A program made the translations under genes and the position numbers. The notes below the pieces were generated by a model. That model did no database searches and was not told the DNA's origin. It was given only the letters and a program-made list of their open reading frames with translations. 64,000 nt of DNA. It comes from Octopus vulgaris. Taxonomy: Eukaryota. Numbering within the stretch: position 1 is the stretch's first letter; every line of letters begins with the position of its first letter. Positions 39,424 through 52,559 of the stretch are shown piece after piece. The stretch covers positions 150,226,001-150,290,000 of the forward strand of contig OX597817.1 of the NCBI GenBank assembly GCA_951406725.2, read 5' to 3'.

Positions 39424-39549
39424 GACACCACAAATAAACGTAGAGCACGAGAAACGAAAACATAAAAACAAACAATAAAAAAGTCTGTTTCCTTGTTTGT
39501 TTTTATGTTTTCGTTTCTCATTGTGTTCTACGTTTATTTGTGGTGTCCT

Positions 39550-39641
<92 letters not shown>

Positions 39642-39711
39642 TGTATATATACATATAGATGTAGGTATGTACATATATGTATGTATGCATATGTTTTATT
39701 TGTTAAATTGT

Positions 39712-39719
<8 letters not shown>
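39251..39719. repeat. Long near-perfect inverted repeat (arms about 225 bp, 17-nt spacer)
   Basis: Arms 39251-39475 and 39493-39719 are reverse complements. Confidence 0.92.
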
Positions 39720-39754
<35 letters not shown>

Positions 39755-41160
39755 TACTTTGATTAGAGGCTGTGTTAACCTCATGAAGGGATGGTTTCAT
39801 CCAAGGAAATACTGGTTCAATACCTAGTATTTGGGGGGAATTCATTTCTTTAAAATAGTAGGTATATATATAAAAACATATAGTTTATATTTATTTAAAA
39901 GAAAAAAAAGAAAATAGAGATTAGGAAGTTAGTAATTGTTTATTATTAACAGCAAATTAATCATCAGCCTTTACAGCTGTTTTAATTAATACTCACTAAA
40001 TATTAAATTTCTATGACCTGTGCATAATATCTTCAAATGGAAAAAAATATACCCTTGGATGTTTTATATGTGTTTATGGATTCATTATAGCATACATTAT
40101 GTATGTATGTATGTAGGTTATGTATGTATGTATGTATGTATGTATGTATGTATGTATGTATGTATGTATGTATGTATGTTATGTATGTATGTATGTATGT
40201 ATGTATGTATGTATGTATGTAGATGTATGTATGTAGATGTATATATTTATGTGTGTGTGTGTCTTTGTATCTGAGTTTGTCCCCCCACAATTGCTTGACA
40301 ACCAATGTTGGTGTGGAGATTGTCCTAGGGTCAATTTCTTGAACTTGAACTAAAACCCTTTAAGGCAGTGCTCCAGCATGGCCGCAATCAAATGACTGAA
40401 ACATGTAAAAGAATACACACACACACACACACACACAGAAATATATTCAGTCATATGCATGTGCTCGAGACTTAAGTAGACTATTACACCAGAAAGGGTG
40501 TAATAAACATATCTGTCCACTCTACCCAACATACAGAGTTCTCTATCAGATGTTTTCAGATGTGGTATATTTACATACTGATATATATTTTACAACACAT
40601 ACAACATACACACATACAAGCCCATACATATATGTGGTTTTACTAGGTGGGAGCCTCTATAAGGTTGCATCACAAGCTAGAAACTGCAGCCAAATATAGT
40701 TTAGTTTATATTGTCTGCCCTTTGCATTGAGAATAAAACATTCTTTTGCTACTAAACTTCTATTTTCTTCTTACTTTTGTCACTATACTTTCAGTACAAA
40801 AATAATAAGGTCACCTAGGTAACAGAAACCATCTAAAGCTTGTAGTGGGTTACCTGAGCAGGTACATCTAAAATCCTAGTTCCCCGTCAGTCTGCTAGTG
40901 ATACTACTGTGCTAATTGTTTACCATTGCATGCACTGAATAAACAATTCTGAACCCATGCGTACACCCTTCTTGGATATCAAAGTAGGGTACTTCCTAAG
41001 CAACACTGGAATTTTGTGCTAATTAGTAAAATGCTAACTGTATCAGCATTTCAGAAACTAGATTTGTTACAAATAGCAATTTTTGAATACAACAGGTGTT
41101 GGTTTTTTATTTTACATCCTTGTAACTTAGCAATTTGACAAAAGAGACTGGTAGAATAAC

Positions 41161-41344
41161 TTCAAAACTTCCATGCTTCCTGAGATTCGCCAACACTACA
41201 CCTGATTTTCTCCCCTCCATACACATGCAAGCATGTATCTGACTCATACACTGTTCACTTTCCAGACATTTGTACATTACTGCACATGCTTTATATGCAC
41301 TTTTGACAAGTTGTGGTGCACCTGAGCACTATATAATAATTTCC

Positions 41345-41382
<38 letters not shown>
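41161..41382 (+). mobile_element. CR1-like LINE 3' end
   Basis: Homologous to 37926-38121; (ATT)n tail. Confidence 0.75.
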
Positions 41383-42335
41383 TAATAAACCTCAGACTCT
41401 AAAAACAATGCTGGAGCTGATTTGTTTGACTAAGCCCTTCCAGGCAGTGATCCAGCATGGCCGTAGTCCAATGGCTGACACATATAAAAGATAGATAATA
41501 CATCTAGCAAATTAAGCAACCAGTCACCCAGATTCAAATTTGAAATGTCTGCTCATGATGTCTCTAAAAGCAAATAAAAAAATATGATTTAAGTTTTAAG
41601 ACAAAGCATTGGTTTAATATAATTTTCACATCTGTGCATCTACATTGTGGTTGCATAGGTACATCGTCGTCATCATCTTTTAATGTCTGTATTCTATGCT
41701 GACATGGGTTGGATGGTTTGACAGGATTCATTGAGCCATAGAGCTGCATTGAGCTCCAATGTGAGCTTTTATGTGGTTTCTATGCCCTTCCTAATGCAAA
41801 CCACTTTACTGTGTGTTGTGGGTGCTTTTTTGTAATACTGGCACTAGTGAGGCCATCAAGTAACTTGGAAGACAAAGAAAAGGAAAAAAGCCCCTTAACT
41901 GAGAGGGATGGTATTTGAGAGATGAGGAGGTAGATTTATGTCAGGTATTGAAGGCTGAAGTATGATAGAGGGACAAGCACAGGTGTTTTGCTGTGGTGGA
42001 GATACATGGCTACTTTGTATTACATGAGGATGGGTGAGACTAGCTGGAAGGGAGATAATTATGTTGATGATGGGGTACCAAAGCACATTCTCAATGTACA
42101 AGAAAGTGAGTATAAGGGAGTATATAGACAATGGATCAGGAGGGAAGGAAATTGTGGTTGATACAGAACTGTTTAATTCACTTCAAATTTATTTTTATTT
42201 AGTGAGTGTCAAAATTTTTGTCACATAACTCTGACCTGGTCATTGATACAAATTTAAATTTAAAGTAAATTTAAAAGCTTTGTGTGTGATTAAATAGATA
42301 AAATAGTTCTTCCTTAATGTAACTGCTTCAGTTTC

Positions 42336-42567
42336 TTATTTCTTTATTACCCGCAAGGGGCTAAACATAGAGGGGACAAACAAGGACAGGCAAAGGGATT
42401 GAGTCGATTACATCAACCCCAGTGCATAACTGGTACTTAATTTATTGACCCCAAAAGGATGAAAGGCAAAGTCGACCTCGGCGGAATTTGAACTCAGAAC
42501 ATAACAGCAGATGAAATAATGTTAAGCATTTCACCTGGGATGCTAACGTTTCTGCCAGCTCACCTCC
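42336..42567 (-). mobile_element. SINE family B
   Basis: Flanked by the degenerate duplication actRcttcagtttc. Confidence 0.8.
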
Positions 42568-42571
42568 TTAA

Positions 42572-42791
42572 CCCTTTAGTGTTTAAACTGGCCATATCTG
42601 GCCCAGATATTCTACATGTTTTATATTCAAACTGGCAATATCTAGCCTCTCACACCTACCCGACAATGTCATTCTAAATATAAACAATCACATCATTGAA
42701 ACCTCAAAGCTATGAGATAATGCTTGATTAATTCAAAACAATTTGAGTGGAAAAGTATTACATTGAACAGAATGATCTGAACACTAAAGGG
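42572..42791. mobile_element. piggyBac-like MITE (220 bp)
   Basis: TTAA TSD at 42568-42571 and 42792-42795; TIRs ccctttagtgtt and aacactaaaggg. Confidence 0.88.
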
Positions 42792-43241
42792 TTAAACTAC
42801 TTCAGTTTCAATACATGCTCAAGACATGTTAAACAGTGCAACTCCCAAATTCCATACCTATGATTATATAAAATAAAAAATTCATTTTTCTCAGCACTGA
42901 TGTGTCCCATAAATACATATATTCCTGTAATTTGTCCTTCATACCAAAATAATCACCTATTCCTAGCATATAAGCTCCCTCTTTGACCAAATTACTGGTT
43001 TTTAGGTTGTCAATATTTTTACCCTGATATCTTCCCTCTTCAGGTAAGAATGTGACAGCTAAGAGGATTTGTATTATTGTCGATATCTCAAAAGTACAGC
43101 ACTGCATGGTTGTAGAAGTAGGTTCTCATGATAAGGGTTTGATACTCTATCTGAAAGCATCTTTGCATTGTTAAACATTTTCGTAACATAGACTGCAGAA
43201 TTTTACACATTGAGAAATACATACCTACATACATACATATA

Positions 43242-43290
<49 letters not shown>

Positions 43291-43719
43291 AAAGACTGCT
43301 ATCTATGAATAGTGATATATATGATAAAATAGGATATTTCTCAGCAGTTTGTTTCTGTAAGTTAATGAAATAAGAGAAGGTGTTTATTAGAAAGTAGCAG
43401 CATAGCTAGAACCATATTGCTGTTATATAGATTATTATTTCATGTAGTATTTGTGATTGACTGTTATGAGAAAGCAAAGGTAAAGCATTTCTAGCTTTGC
43501 CTTCAGTTCTCGTTTAACTCTAGAAACAGCAACACGTTTTCATTAGATTACAAACTATATTTAAAATAAACAATGACAACGATTGGTTGCCGTATTATTG
43601 TGAACTTATGTCTCCTTAAAAACTGGGTAATGTTACAGTCTAGGTGGGTGACACTGAATTACAAGAAATATGTAGATTAACTGAAAATTGCAATAATTCA
43701 GTCTAGCTAAATCCAGATG

Positions 43720-44032
43720 ATGATGTTGTTTGTTCCTTCTCGAGCCATGCCTGGCTCATAAGGGCCGGTTTCCTGGTTTCCTTGGCGTATAGGTTCCCCA
43801 CCTGGACGGGACACCAGTCTGTCGCATTTGAGCTGCAAGATGCAGGAGGAGGAAAGAGTGAGAGAAAGTTGTGGCGAAAGAGTCAGCAGAAGTTTGCCAT
43901 TACCTTCTGCTGGAGCTGCATGGAGCTTAGATGTTTCGCTCATAAACACACACATCGCCCGGGCTGAGATTCGAACCCACGACCCCTTGACCACGAGTTC
44001 GCTACTCTAACCACTAGGCCATGTGCCTCCAC
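43720..44032 (-). mobile_element. SINE family C relative with a different tail
   Basis: Head and middle resemble 21250-21440; the 3' part differs and ends (aac)(cat)n. Confidence 0.75.
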
Positions 44033-44389
44033 AGATGATGATGGTGGTGGTTGTGGTGGTAATGTTTTTGTTGAGATCCCCAAGCTTTGGATAACACTAT
44101 GAAACAGAGGAAGATAATAAGGAACAAACCTTAAGTCATACACCCTGGATATGAGGATATGATAACTTTTATCTTTTACTTGTTTCAGTCATTAGACAGT
44201 GACCATGCTGGGGCACTACCTTGAGGAATTTTAGTCAAACAAAGTGACGCCAGTGCTCTTCTTTTAAGCCTGTACTTATTTTATCAATTTCTTTTGCTGA
44301 ACTGCTAAGTTACAGGACATAGATACACCAACACCAATCATCAAGTGATAGTGGGGGACAAACAGTGATACAAAGACACTCACAAATAG

Positions 44390-44422
<33 letters not shown>

Positions 44423-44425
44423 CAT

Positions 44426-44464
<39 letters not shown>

Positions 44465-44594
44465 CATACATACATATATATTTATCATCATCATTTAATG
44501 TCTGCTTTCCATTCTGGCATGGGTTAGATAGTTTGACTGAAACTAGTAAGCTGGAGAGCTGCACTAAATTCCAGTCTGCTCTTCCTAACACCAG

Positions 44595-44641
<47 letters not shown>

Positions 44642-44675
44642 TAATAAGGGTAGAAATTGATATTAATCAATTAAA

Positions 44676-44825
44676 ACACATTAGTATAATTTTACCTAAA
44701 ATCTCCAAGAAGCTAGGGAGATAAGCAAAGAACATGCTGCCTTCTAAGCTGAGGTGAAGGCAGCATGTCCCTTCTTGGAGATTAGTACCTTCTTGGAGAT
44801 TTTAGGTAAAATTATACTAATGTGT
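44676..44825. repeat. Nested perfect inverted repeats (37 bp outer, 13 bp inner)
   Basis: 44676-44712 pairs with 44789-44825; 44732-44744 pairs with 44756-44768. Confidence 0.92.
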
Positions 44826-45643
44826 CCATCTGTTTTAATTTAATTAAATTCTAAGTCTTTATGCAGCTGAGGATTGCTCTGCATTTAAATTGATATAATG
44901 ATTGCATTGTTCAATTAAATGGAGTTGCTTATTTTGATTATAATCACCTTATTTTGAAATTGTATGGATAATACCATACTAAATTCTGGTGCCTCAACTT
45001 AAGTACTATATTCATTTGAATCTATATATACTTATATATATATGTATGTATATAAATTTTAAAAGATTGGAGTCAAGAAGAAGGAGTACGGTTGGACATG
45101 TATTTTTTTACACACTACAATTGTTTCCATGCAATGTAGTTCTTCAGGCATGCAGGTACTTTGTTATGTAACTGTTTCCCTGCATTATGAGTTCTAGTTA
45201 TGTTTATGATATGAAAATGTTGTCTCCATAAGAACATCCACTCTGTCTGGCCTTAACTTAGTAGCTGTCACTGAGTTTATCACTTTGTGTAAGTACTGAA
45301 GAGCTGTTGGCAAACTGTTTTCAATGTATAGATGTAGTGGGATGGTGATTCTGCTATTGTTAAAGTGGTTGCTGTTTTAAAGGGATTGACATCTGATATC
45401 TTTGAACTGTTGTTTTGTTCTTCCTGGTTGGTTAAACATGCAATTGTCCTTAGCTGACCTTTAGGAAATGGCCTATATGTTCATATACATGGTTGTTCAC
45501 ATATACATTCATACATGTACTAATACTCAGACACATACGCAAACACACATGCACACGTGCACCCACCCACATACACCCATATATATATATATATATCATT
45601 ATCATCATCTTTTAATGTCCACTTTCCATGCTGGCATGGGTTG

Positions 45644-45674
<31 letters not shown>

Positions 45675-46462
45675 CATATATATACATACCAGGGGCGAAA
45701 GGGCTGTGTTTGCAACACATGCACTTCATGCCTTACTATTTTTCCACAATAAATCATTTTTGTGTAATATATAATCGATTATTGATAAATTTCACTAGAT
45801 TAATTATAGTCATATTTACTTTTATGTCGCATTCCTTCATTTCTTAGTAAAGAAAAGCAAAGAAAAGCAAATTTTTTACTGCTTGCTTTCATTCAAATTT
45901 TCTTTGTGAGCATCAAAATGAGAGACAAAGCAAAAAGCGAATGAGTGGCCAAGAAAGAAAAAGACAGAGGAAGCAGATATTTTACTGCTTGCCTTCCAGC
46001 CATGTTAAGACATCAGAGACACATTGTCAAGGTTTTTTCTCTTGAAGTGCTGATGCTTTTACTGTCCTGTGCAGCAGAGATAAAAAAAACTTGCCTATTC
46101 AGAAGATTTCCTGAGGCTTTCCTCATAGTCGAACAAATTTAGACGTGAAATTCATATTTAGTCAATTTACAAGTTTGTTTTGTTGCTTTCTGATATATTT
46201 CGTATGATTATTTGATACCAAAGAGTACACATTTTATCATTTATCTTGAATTTGTTTCAATCAGTAGATTGTGGCCATGCTGGGGCACCACCTTAAATAA
46301 TTTTTTAGCCTAATGAATTTATCCCAGTACTTTTCTTAAAGCCTGGTGCTTATTCTTTTGGTGTCTCGTGCCGAACTGCTAAGTTACGGGAACGTAAACA
46401 CACCAATGCTGGTTGTCAAGCATTAGTGAAGGACAGGCACAGACACAAAGACACACACACAC

Positions 46463-46511
<49 letters not shown>

Positions 46512-46889
46512 AGAAGTATTGGGGGTGATGTACAGATTTAATACATATAAAAGAAAAAATGGTCAGAATGCTGGATGGTTGTAAAAAACACATTTTTTCT
46601 TTCATATGTATATATATATACAGTGGGTTTTTTCAGTTTCCCTCTATCAAGTTCACTTGCAAGGTTTTAGTCAGCCCAAGGTTATAGTAGAAGACACTAA
46701 TAGAAGACTGAACCTGGAACCATGTGGTTGGGAAGCAAACTTTTTACCACACACCCAAGCTTGCTTGCTAAAAAGATTTAACCAATGGAGAGAGTATTTT
46801 TTTATCCCTTCTTAAGACCTGAATTCAGCCATGTGACCCCAGAGTTTTCTTGGCTATTTCACAAATAGAGCGAAGAGAAGAAACCAGCA

Positions 46890-46937
<48 letters not shown>

Positions 46938-47004
46938 GTACGTGTGTGTGTGTGTGTGTGTGTGCGTGTGTACGTGTGCGTGTGTGTGTGTGTGCGTGTG
47001 TGTG

Positions 47005-47048
<44 letters not shown>
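46890..47048. repeat. (TG)n microsatellite
   Basis: Directly visible. Confidence 0.95.
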
Positions 47049-47053
<5 letters not shown>

Positions 47054-47245
47054 ATCCAAAACATGAGGGAAAAGACGACAAAAAAATAACAACAACATGA
47101 GGACGGGGTACATGCAAAGTATTAGCAGACACTCAAGGAAGGAAAGAAAAGTAGTTTTACATTTCGAGCAAAGTTCCTTGTCAGAAACAGGAGTCAGAAG
47201 AAAGTCCAAGAGAAAAGGAATACGGAGGCAAAAAAAATCACCAAT
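47049..47245 (-). mobile_element. Third PLE-like terminal fragment with a hammerhead-like motif (47154-47188)
   Basis: Minus strand gttt-CTGACaA-g-gaac ttt gctc-GAAA-tGTA-aaac. Confidence 0.55.
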
Positions 47246-47617
47246 ATATATATATATATATATATAACGGGCTTCTGTCAGTTTCTGTCTACTAAATCCA
47301 CTCACATAACTTCGGTTGGCTAAAGTAGACACTTACCTAAGGTGCCATGTAGTGGGACTGAACCCAGAACTATGTGGTTGGAAAGCAAACATCTTACCAC
47401 ACACCCATGCCAGTATCTATATTTCAGTTTGTTCTGAGATTACACCATATTATTTATCATAAACCAACTAAATACAAGGGGTACAGTATAATAACCATAG
47501 TATGTTGCACACATATATATTCACACATGTATATGATAGATATACCATCATTCCTACATGAACCAGTTAAGGAATCCTTCAAATTAGGGAGTGTTTTTTT
47601 AAAGAATTTGAAATGTA

Positions 47618-48493
47618 TGTAGTTTGATCAATAAGTATCCGGACTGTTGCCATTGTAACAAAGCTAAAGCACACAGAGTAAAGTCGCTTGGCACAGATTG
47701 ACCTTGAAATCTGCTGTGCAAGTGCACTAAGTTTTAACATTCTAGCTCACTTCTGCTGTTTACTGCAGTACTTGGAAGGAAGGTGTGTAGCGTGTGATTA
47801 TGACAGAGAAAGTTGAGTAGAGAATCAGCATCAAATTTTGCCAAAAGTTTGGTGATACCTGCTCAGAGGCCTTTGCAAAGTTTTCAAAAAGTTTTCATTG
47901 TTATCAATATAATTAAGGAGTTCTTGTGCAACTGAAACCCAAGTGTCTTTTTTCGTCAGCTGAAAGCAGTTTTGGCACAAACTTGGCAGACATGTGTCTC
48001 ATACCCAAATCTTCAGTGATAATGGACTGAACTGAACTGTAACTAATCTGCACATCCTCTGATAACTCACAGATGGTGATTCAACGATTTCCCCTCACAG
48101 CTGCACGCACATCTGCAATGTTTTTCTCAGTTCTACTGGTTGCAGGTCTCCCAGAATGTTCGTCAATATTGACATTTTTTCAACCATCTTGGAAACATCT
48201 GAACCACTCAGACACTTGTGTGTGGCTCCTGTCCACACACTTTCTGCAACTTCATATAGGCCTCTGAGCAGGTATTGCTATAACAACTTTCTCTGTCATG
48301 GTTAATGTGACTGTCACACGTTACACCCCTTCCTTCCAAGCACTGCTGTAAATAGCAGAAGTGAGCTAGAACATTAAAACTTAGTGTACGTGCACAGCAG
48401 AGTCCAAGGTCAATCTGTGCCAAGCAGCTTCACTCTGCATGCTTTAACTTCGTTACTATGGCAATAGTCCGGATACTTATTGATCAGACCTAG
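47618..48493. mobile_element. Non-autonomous mariner derivative made of two inverted 5' ends
   Basis: Terminal tgatcaataagtatccggact on both ends, about 250-bp inverted arms; peptides MTEKVE.RISIKFCQK on + and DEHSGRPATS..SAKFVPKLL on -. Confidence 0.85.
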
Positions 48494-49081
48494 TCTGTTG
48501 TAATGTTGAACCAGTTTTTTTTTTTGTAGTCATTTTAGTAATGTTATTTCTGTCTTTCATTCAATTAATGTTTCCTTGTTGTTCATACATTATTTGCGAG
48601 CCTCTCCTTATTCTCTCCTTCTCTATCTTTTCCTGTCTTTCCATTCTAAAGTGTCCACTCTAGATGTCTACACTACATTTTCCTGTTCTTCATGTAACAG
48701 TTATGTCTATATATAGTTATATTCTAATTGTAAATCTGGTTTCCAGCACGTTCAGCCTATGCATGCTTCACTGTTACTGACACAACCAAGAAATGGCTAT
48801 GACAAAAATGCAACTATACCAACAGTAAACTGTGTTATTAACCTTTTAACCCTTTCACAACTTACAACTGCTGACAGCACTGTATCATATTTAGTTCAAA
48901 ATAGTAGAAATAAACAGAAATAATGGAAGAGTTTTTGTCATTTTGAGCCTTTAGAGGAAAGAATGAAGAACAAAACAGGAGTGAGGCATAAAAACAGAGC
49001 AAGAAAAAATATGTCTCGATTAATGGTTCCACAGTACTACATAGTAAACTATAAATTCTGTACTGGTATGTTAACCCTTTA

Positions 49082-49690
49082 CCGTAAATCCTCGAGTATA
49101 ATCCACAACTTTTTCCCAAAATTTAAAGGTCAAAATCCCTAGTGTGTACTATATAAGAGGTTAAAAATGAAAAATATTTTCTAAGCAATGTCCGAGTCTC
49201 TATTTGCTGTCCGGCAATGTTTATTCAGATGCATTTTGTGATGTCGGGCGCAAAAATACCTTAAGCTAAGCCTGAAAGCAATGAAGTCATAAAAGAATCA
49301 TCCATAACTTGCAGTAAGCAACATTTATTAAAATAAAAGTATTCAGAACACAGAATAACATATAACAAAAACAATTTACAAACATATATACATTCCCATA
49401 TAACAGTTAAGAACATCACCATTATTGTATTATGCATGCGCGGAAGTGTTTGTTCGACTAGGTGCTGCTGGCTTAAATACACACAAATTGTGCTTAATAG
49501 TTTTGCACTAAATAGTTCATTCTGCTGTTTGTATTGGCAGTTTGCATCATTACCATGGCAATCAATAGATACTTAATTAAATACCAGTATTAAATGTTTG
49601 AACTACTGTGGGTCTTTACTAGGGTTTTATATAAGCGCAACTTAAACCTGTACATTAATCACCAATAAAACATTTTTATACATTACATTT
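49082..49690. mobile_element. pogo/Tc2-like DNA transposon end; other end not found
   Basis: TA-ccgtaaatcctcgagtataa terminus; right boundary is a guess. Confidence 0.45.
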
Positions 49691-50963
49691 TTTTATTGTT
49701 AGTTAATTAGTTAAATGCCTGACCAACTGACTAATTGATAGTTTGTTTAATGTGGTGGTTAAACAATCAATTGGTTGTATGTTTGCCTGATAAAGTTCTT
49801 TCATTGCGGTTTGCAACTTTTTCAGCGATCCATGGCATCCTACTCACTCCAAGGTCTGGTCACTGTGAACAGCAACGAAAGAACTTTGACCGACAAACAA
49901 ATGACCAATTGATTGTTTAGCTCACACATCAAACAAACAATCAATTAATAAGTTGATTAGATATTTAACCAATTGGCTAACAATAAAGAAGTGGAATCGA
50001 ACCTGTACATGTGTTATTATTATTGGCATTATGACTCTCACATTATTTCAACACATGACTTCACATCAAAAATCTTGCAAACATCATCATCATCATCATC
50101 ATCATCATCATTTAACGTCTGCTTTCCATGCTAGCATGGGTTGGATGATTTGACTGAGGGCTGGCGAACCAGACTCCAATCTTGATTTGGCAGAGTTTCT
50201 ACAGCTGGATGCCCTTCCTAATGCCAACCACTCTGAGAGTGTTGTGAATGCTTTTACGTGCCACCAGCATGAGGGCCAGTTTGGTGGTACTGGCAACGGC
50301 CACGCCCAAATGGTACTTTTTATGTGCCAACTGCACAGGAGCCTCGCTCAAATGTTTCAAACGACCTCGCTCAAATGTTTCCCATGCCACCAGCACAAGT
50401 GCCAGTAAGGCGATACGGTAACGATCACGCTCAAATGGTGTGTTTAACATACCCAAATACATAAATGAAATTGTATACAAAAAAATTTTAATATTTTGTG
50501 TGTTGAAGCATAACTGATTTATTGCGCATAAATTTTAAAAACAAACTCTTACAAGGACCCCCAAAGGTCATATGGACTCTGGCTGAGTACCACTGCTTCA
50601 GATCAAGAGGCATCAATAAAAAAAAAAAGAAAACATGGGTTTTTAATTTTATTGGGTTCTTCTTTTCCTTTTTTTTTTTCTAATGTTATCTATTGATTGC
50701 TCTGTTAACATCCTGTTCCAATCGTGGATAAAAGGAAGACGTTCTCATCTCATCCCTCTTTTGCTATTTATAAACATGGTTATGAAAATATTACTGAGAC
50801 AGAACTTTATCCTTTCTTCTGCTGTAAATCAAAATCAATTTTGTCATTTGAGAAAGACTTTCAAGTAAATAATAATAGTAATGATGATGATGACAATGAC
50901 AGTGATGGTGATGGTGATAACGATGATGCACTAGAGGATGAGTAAATATTTGAATATAAATAA

Positions 50964-50994
<31 letters not shown>

Positions 50995-52526
50995 AGAGTA
51001 ACAATGTATAAATCTTCCTCGCCTTGCTGTCCTTCCCTCACTATGACAGTGCTATGTAGAGCAGCAACTGACTGTAGGGTTAAATACAAGATTTATTCTA
51101 AATTCTTCTGTATGAATACTCCATTATTGAGCTAATCTGACCTTCTAGGTTAGGTGCTGCCTTACACTAAAGTGCTTTTAACATTGAAGAGGAAGTCAGA
51201 ACTGCTAACTGGTTTCCAGAAACAGTTTAACTTTATAAGTTTGAATAAATTTATTCGCTGATAGCATATATGTAGAAGCAATTAAGAGAGAAATATGGCT
51301 TCTGAATATGGATTGAGGCTAAAGCAACTTCAATGAAAAAAAATGAAAATAGAATAAGGTCAGTTCCATAATTAATGTTATTGGTAACATCCATCAACAT
51401 CTCATATATAATATCTATAAATCTTTTTTAATCTGAAGTTATCTGAGTCAAAACTATTGAAAAGGTTGCAAGACGCAACAAAAATTTTAGGACAATAAAA
51501 ATAAGAAAAAAGTGGAAATTTTACCGGTGAGTGTGTTACATTATAAGTCACAAAAAGAAAATGACTCTCCCCAGACACAACAGAATATGCTTCAACACAC
51601 AAACTCATATAAAGAATCTTGCAAACCAAATCCAAAAACGAAATTTGAACTAAATATATCTCAAAATTCATGGAGAAATATATATGTACCATCATCATCG
51701 TTTTGATGTCTACTTTACTATGCTTGTATGGGTCAGGTGTAAGTATGTTGGGTCAGAGTTTTTTGTGGCTAGATGCTCTTCCTGTCACCAGCCTTCGTTT
51801 GTTTGCAAGTGGGGTGATAATCCTGGGATATTGAACAACAAATGGCTCGAGCATGCTTTCACAGCAGACAGCAAACAAATGACACCATTAATGAAGCCCT
51901 TGTTTACAATTATTAAACAAACATGTGTAGATGAGGGAAATGTGAACTCCCATGCTCATTCATGAGGAGACCCCCTTCGGTCATGAATAACCAAGGGATT
52001 GCACCTAGAAAGTTACACTCCGAGGCACACAAGTCTGGGCAAGGTTGTTTGTGGAAGGACAGCAGACGCCCATGCATACCAGCCTCCCCTCTCCACACCA
52101 CAGATGTTATCCAAGGGAAAGGCAAAGGGGCCTGATACAGCTTGGCACCAGTGACATCGCAACTCATTTCTACAGCTGAGTTAATTCATACATACATACA
52201 CACACACATATATATATTTCTTTATTACCCACAAGGGGCTAAACATAGAGGGGACAAACAAGGACAGACAAAGGGATTAAGTTGATTACATCGACCCCAG
52301 TGCAAAACTGGTACTTTGTTTATCGACCCTGAAAGGATGAAAGGCAAAGTCGACCTCAGCGGAATTTGAACTCAGAATGTAATGACAGACAAAATACCGC
52401 TAAGTATTTCGCCCGTCGTGCTAACGATTCTGCCAGCTCATCGCCTTATACACACACACATATACATACATACATACACACATACATACATACATACATA
52501 CATACATACATACATACATACATACA

Positions 52527-52559
<33 letters not shown>

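Noticed and set aside
42829-43107. 92-aa non-repetitive minus-strand ORF
   Set aside because: No recognisable motif or consistent splice structure
45200-45470. Possible Gypsy integrase remnant (RITIP..ARQS) on the minus strand
   Set aside because: Too degraded; no LTRs or other domains visible
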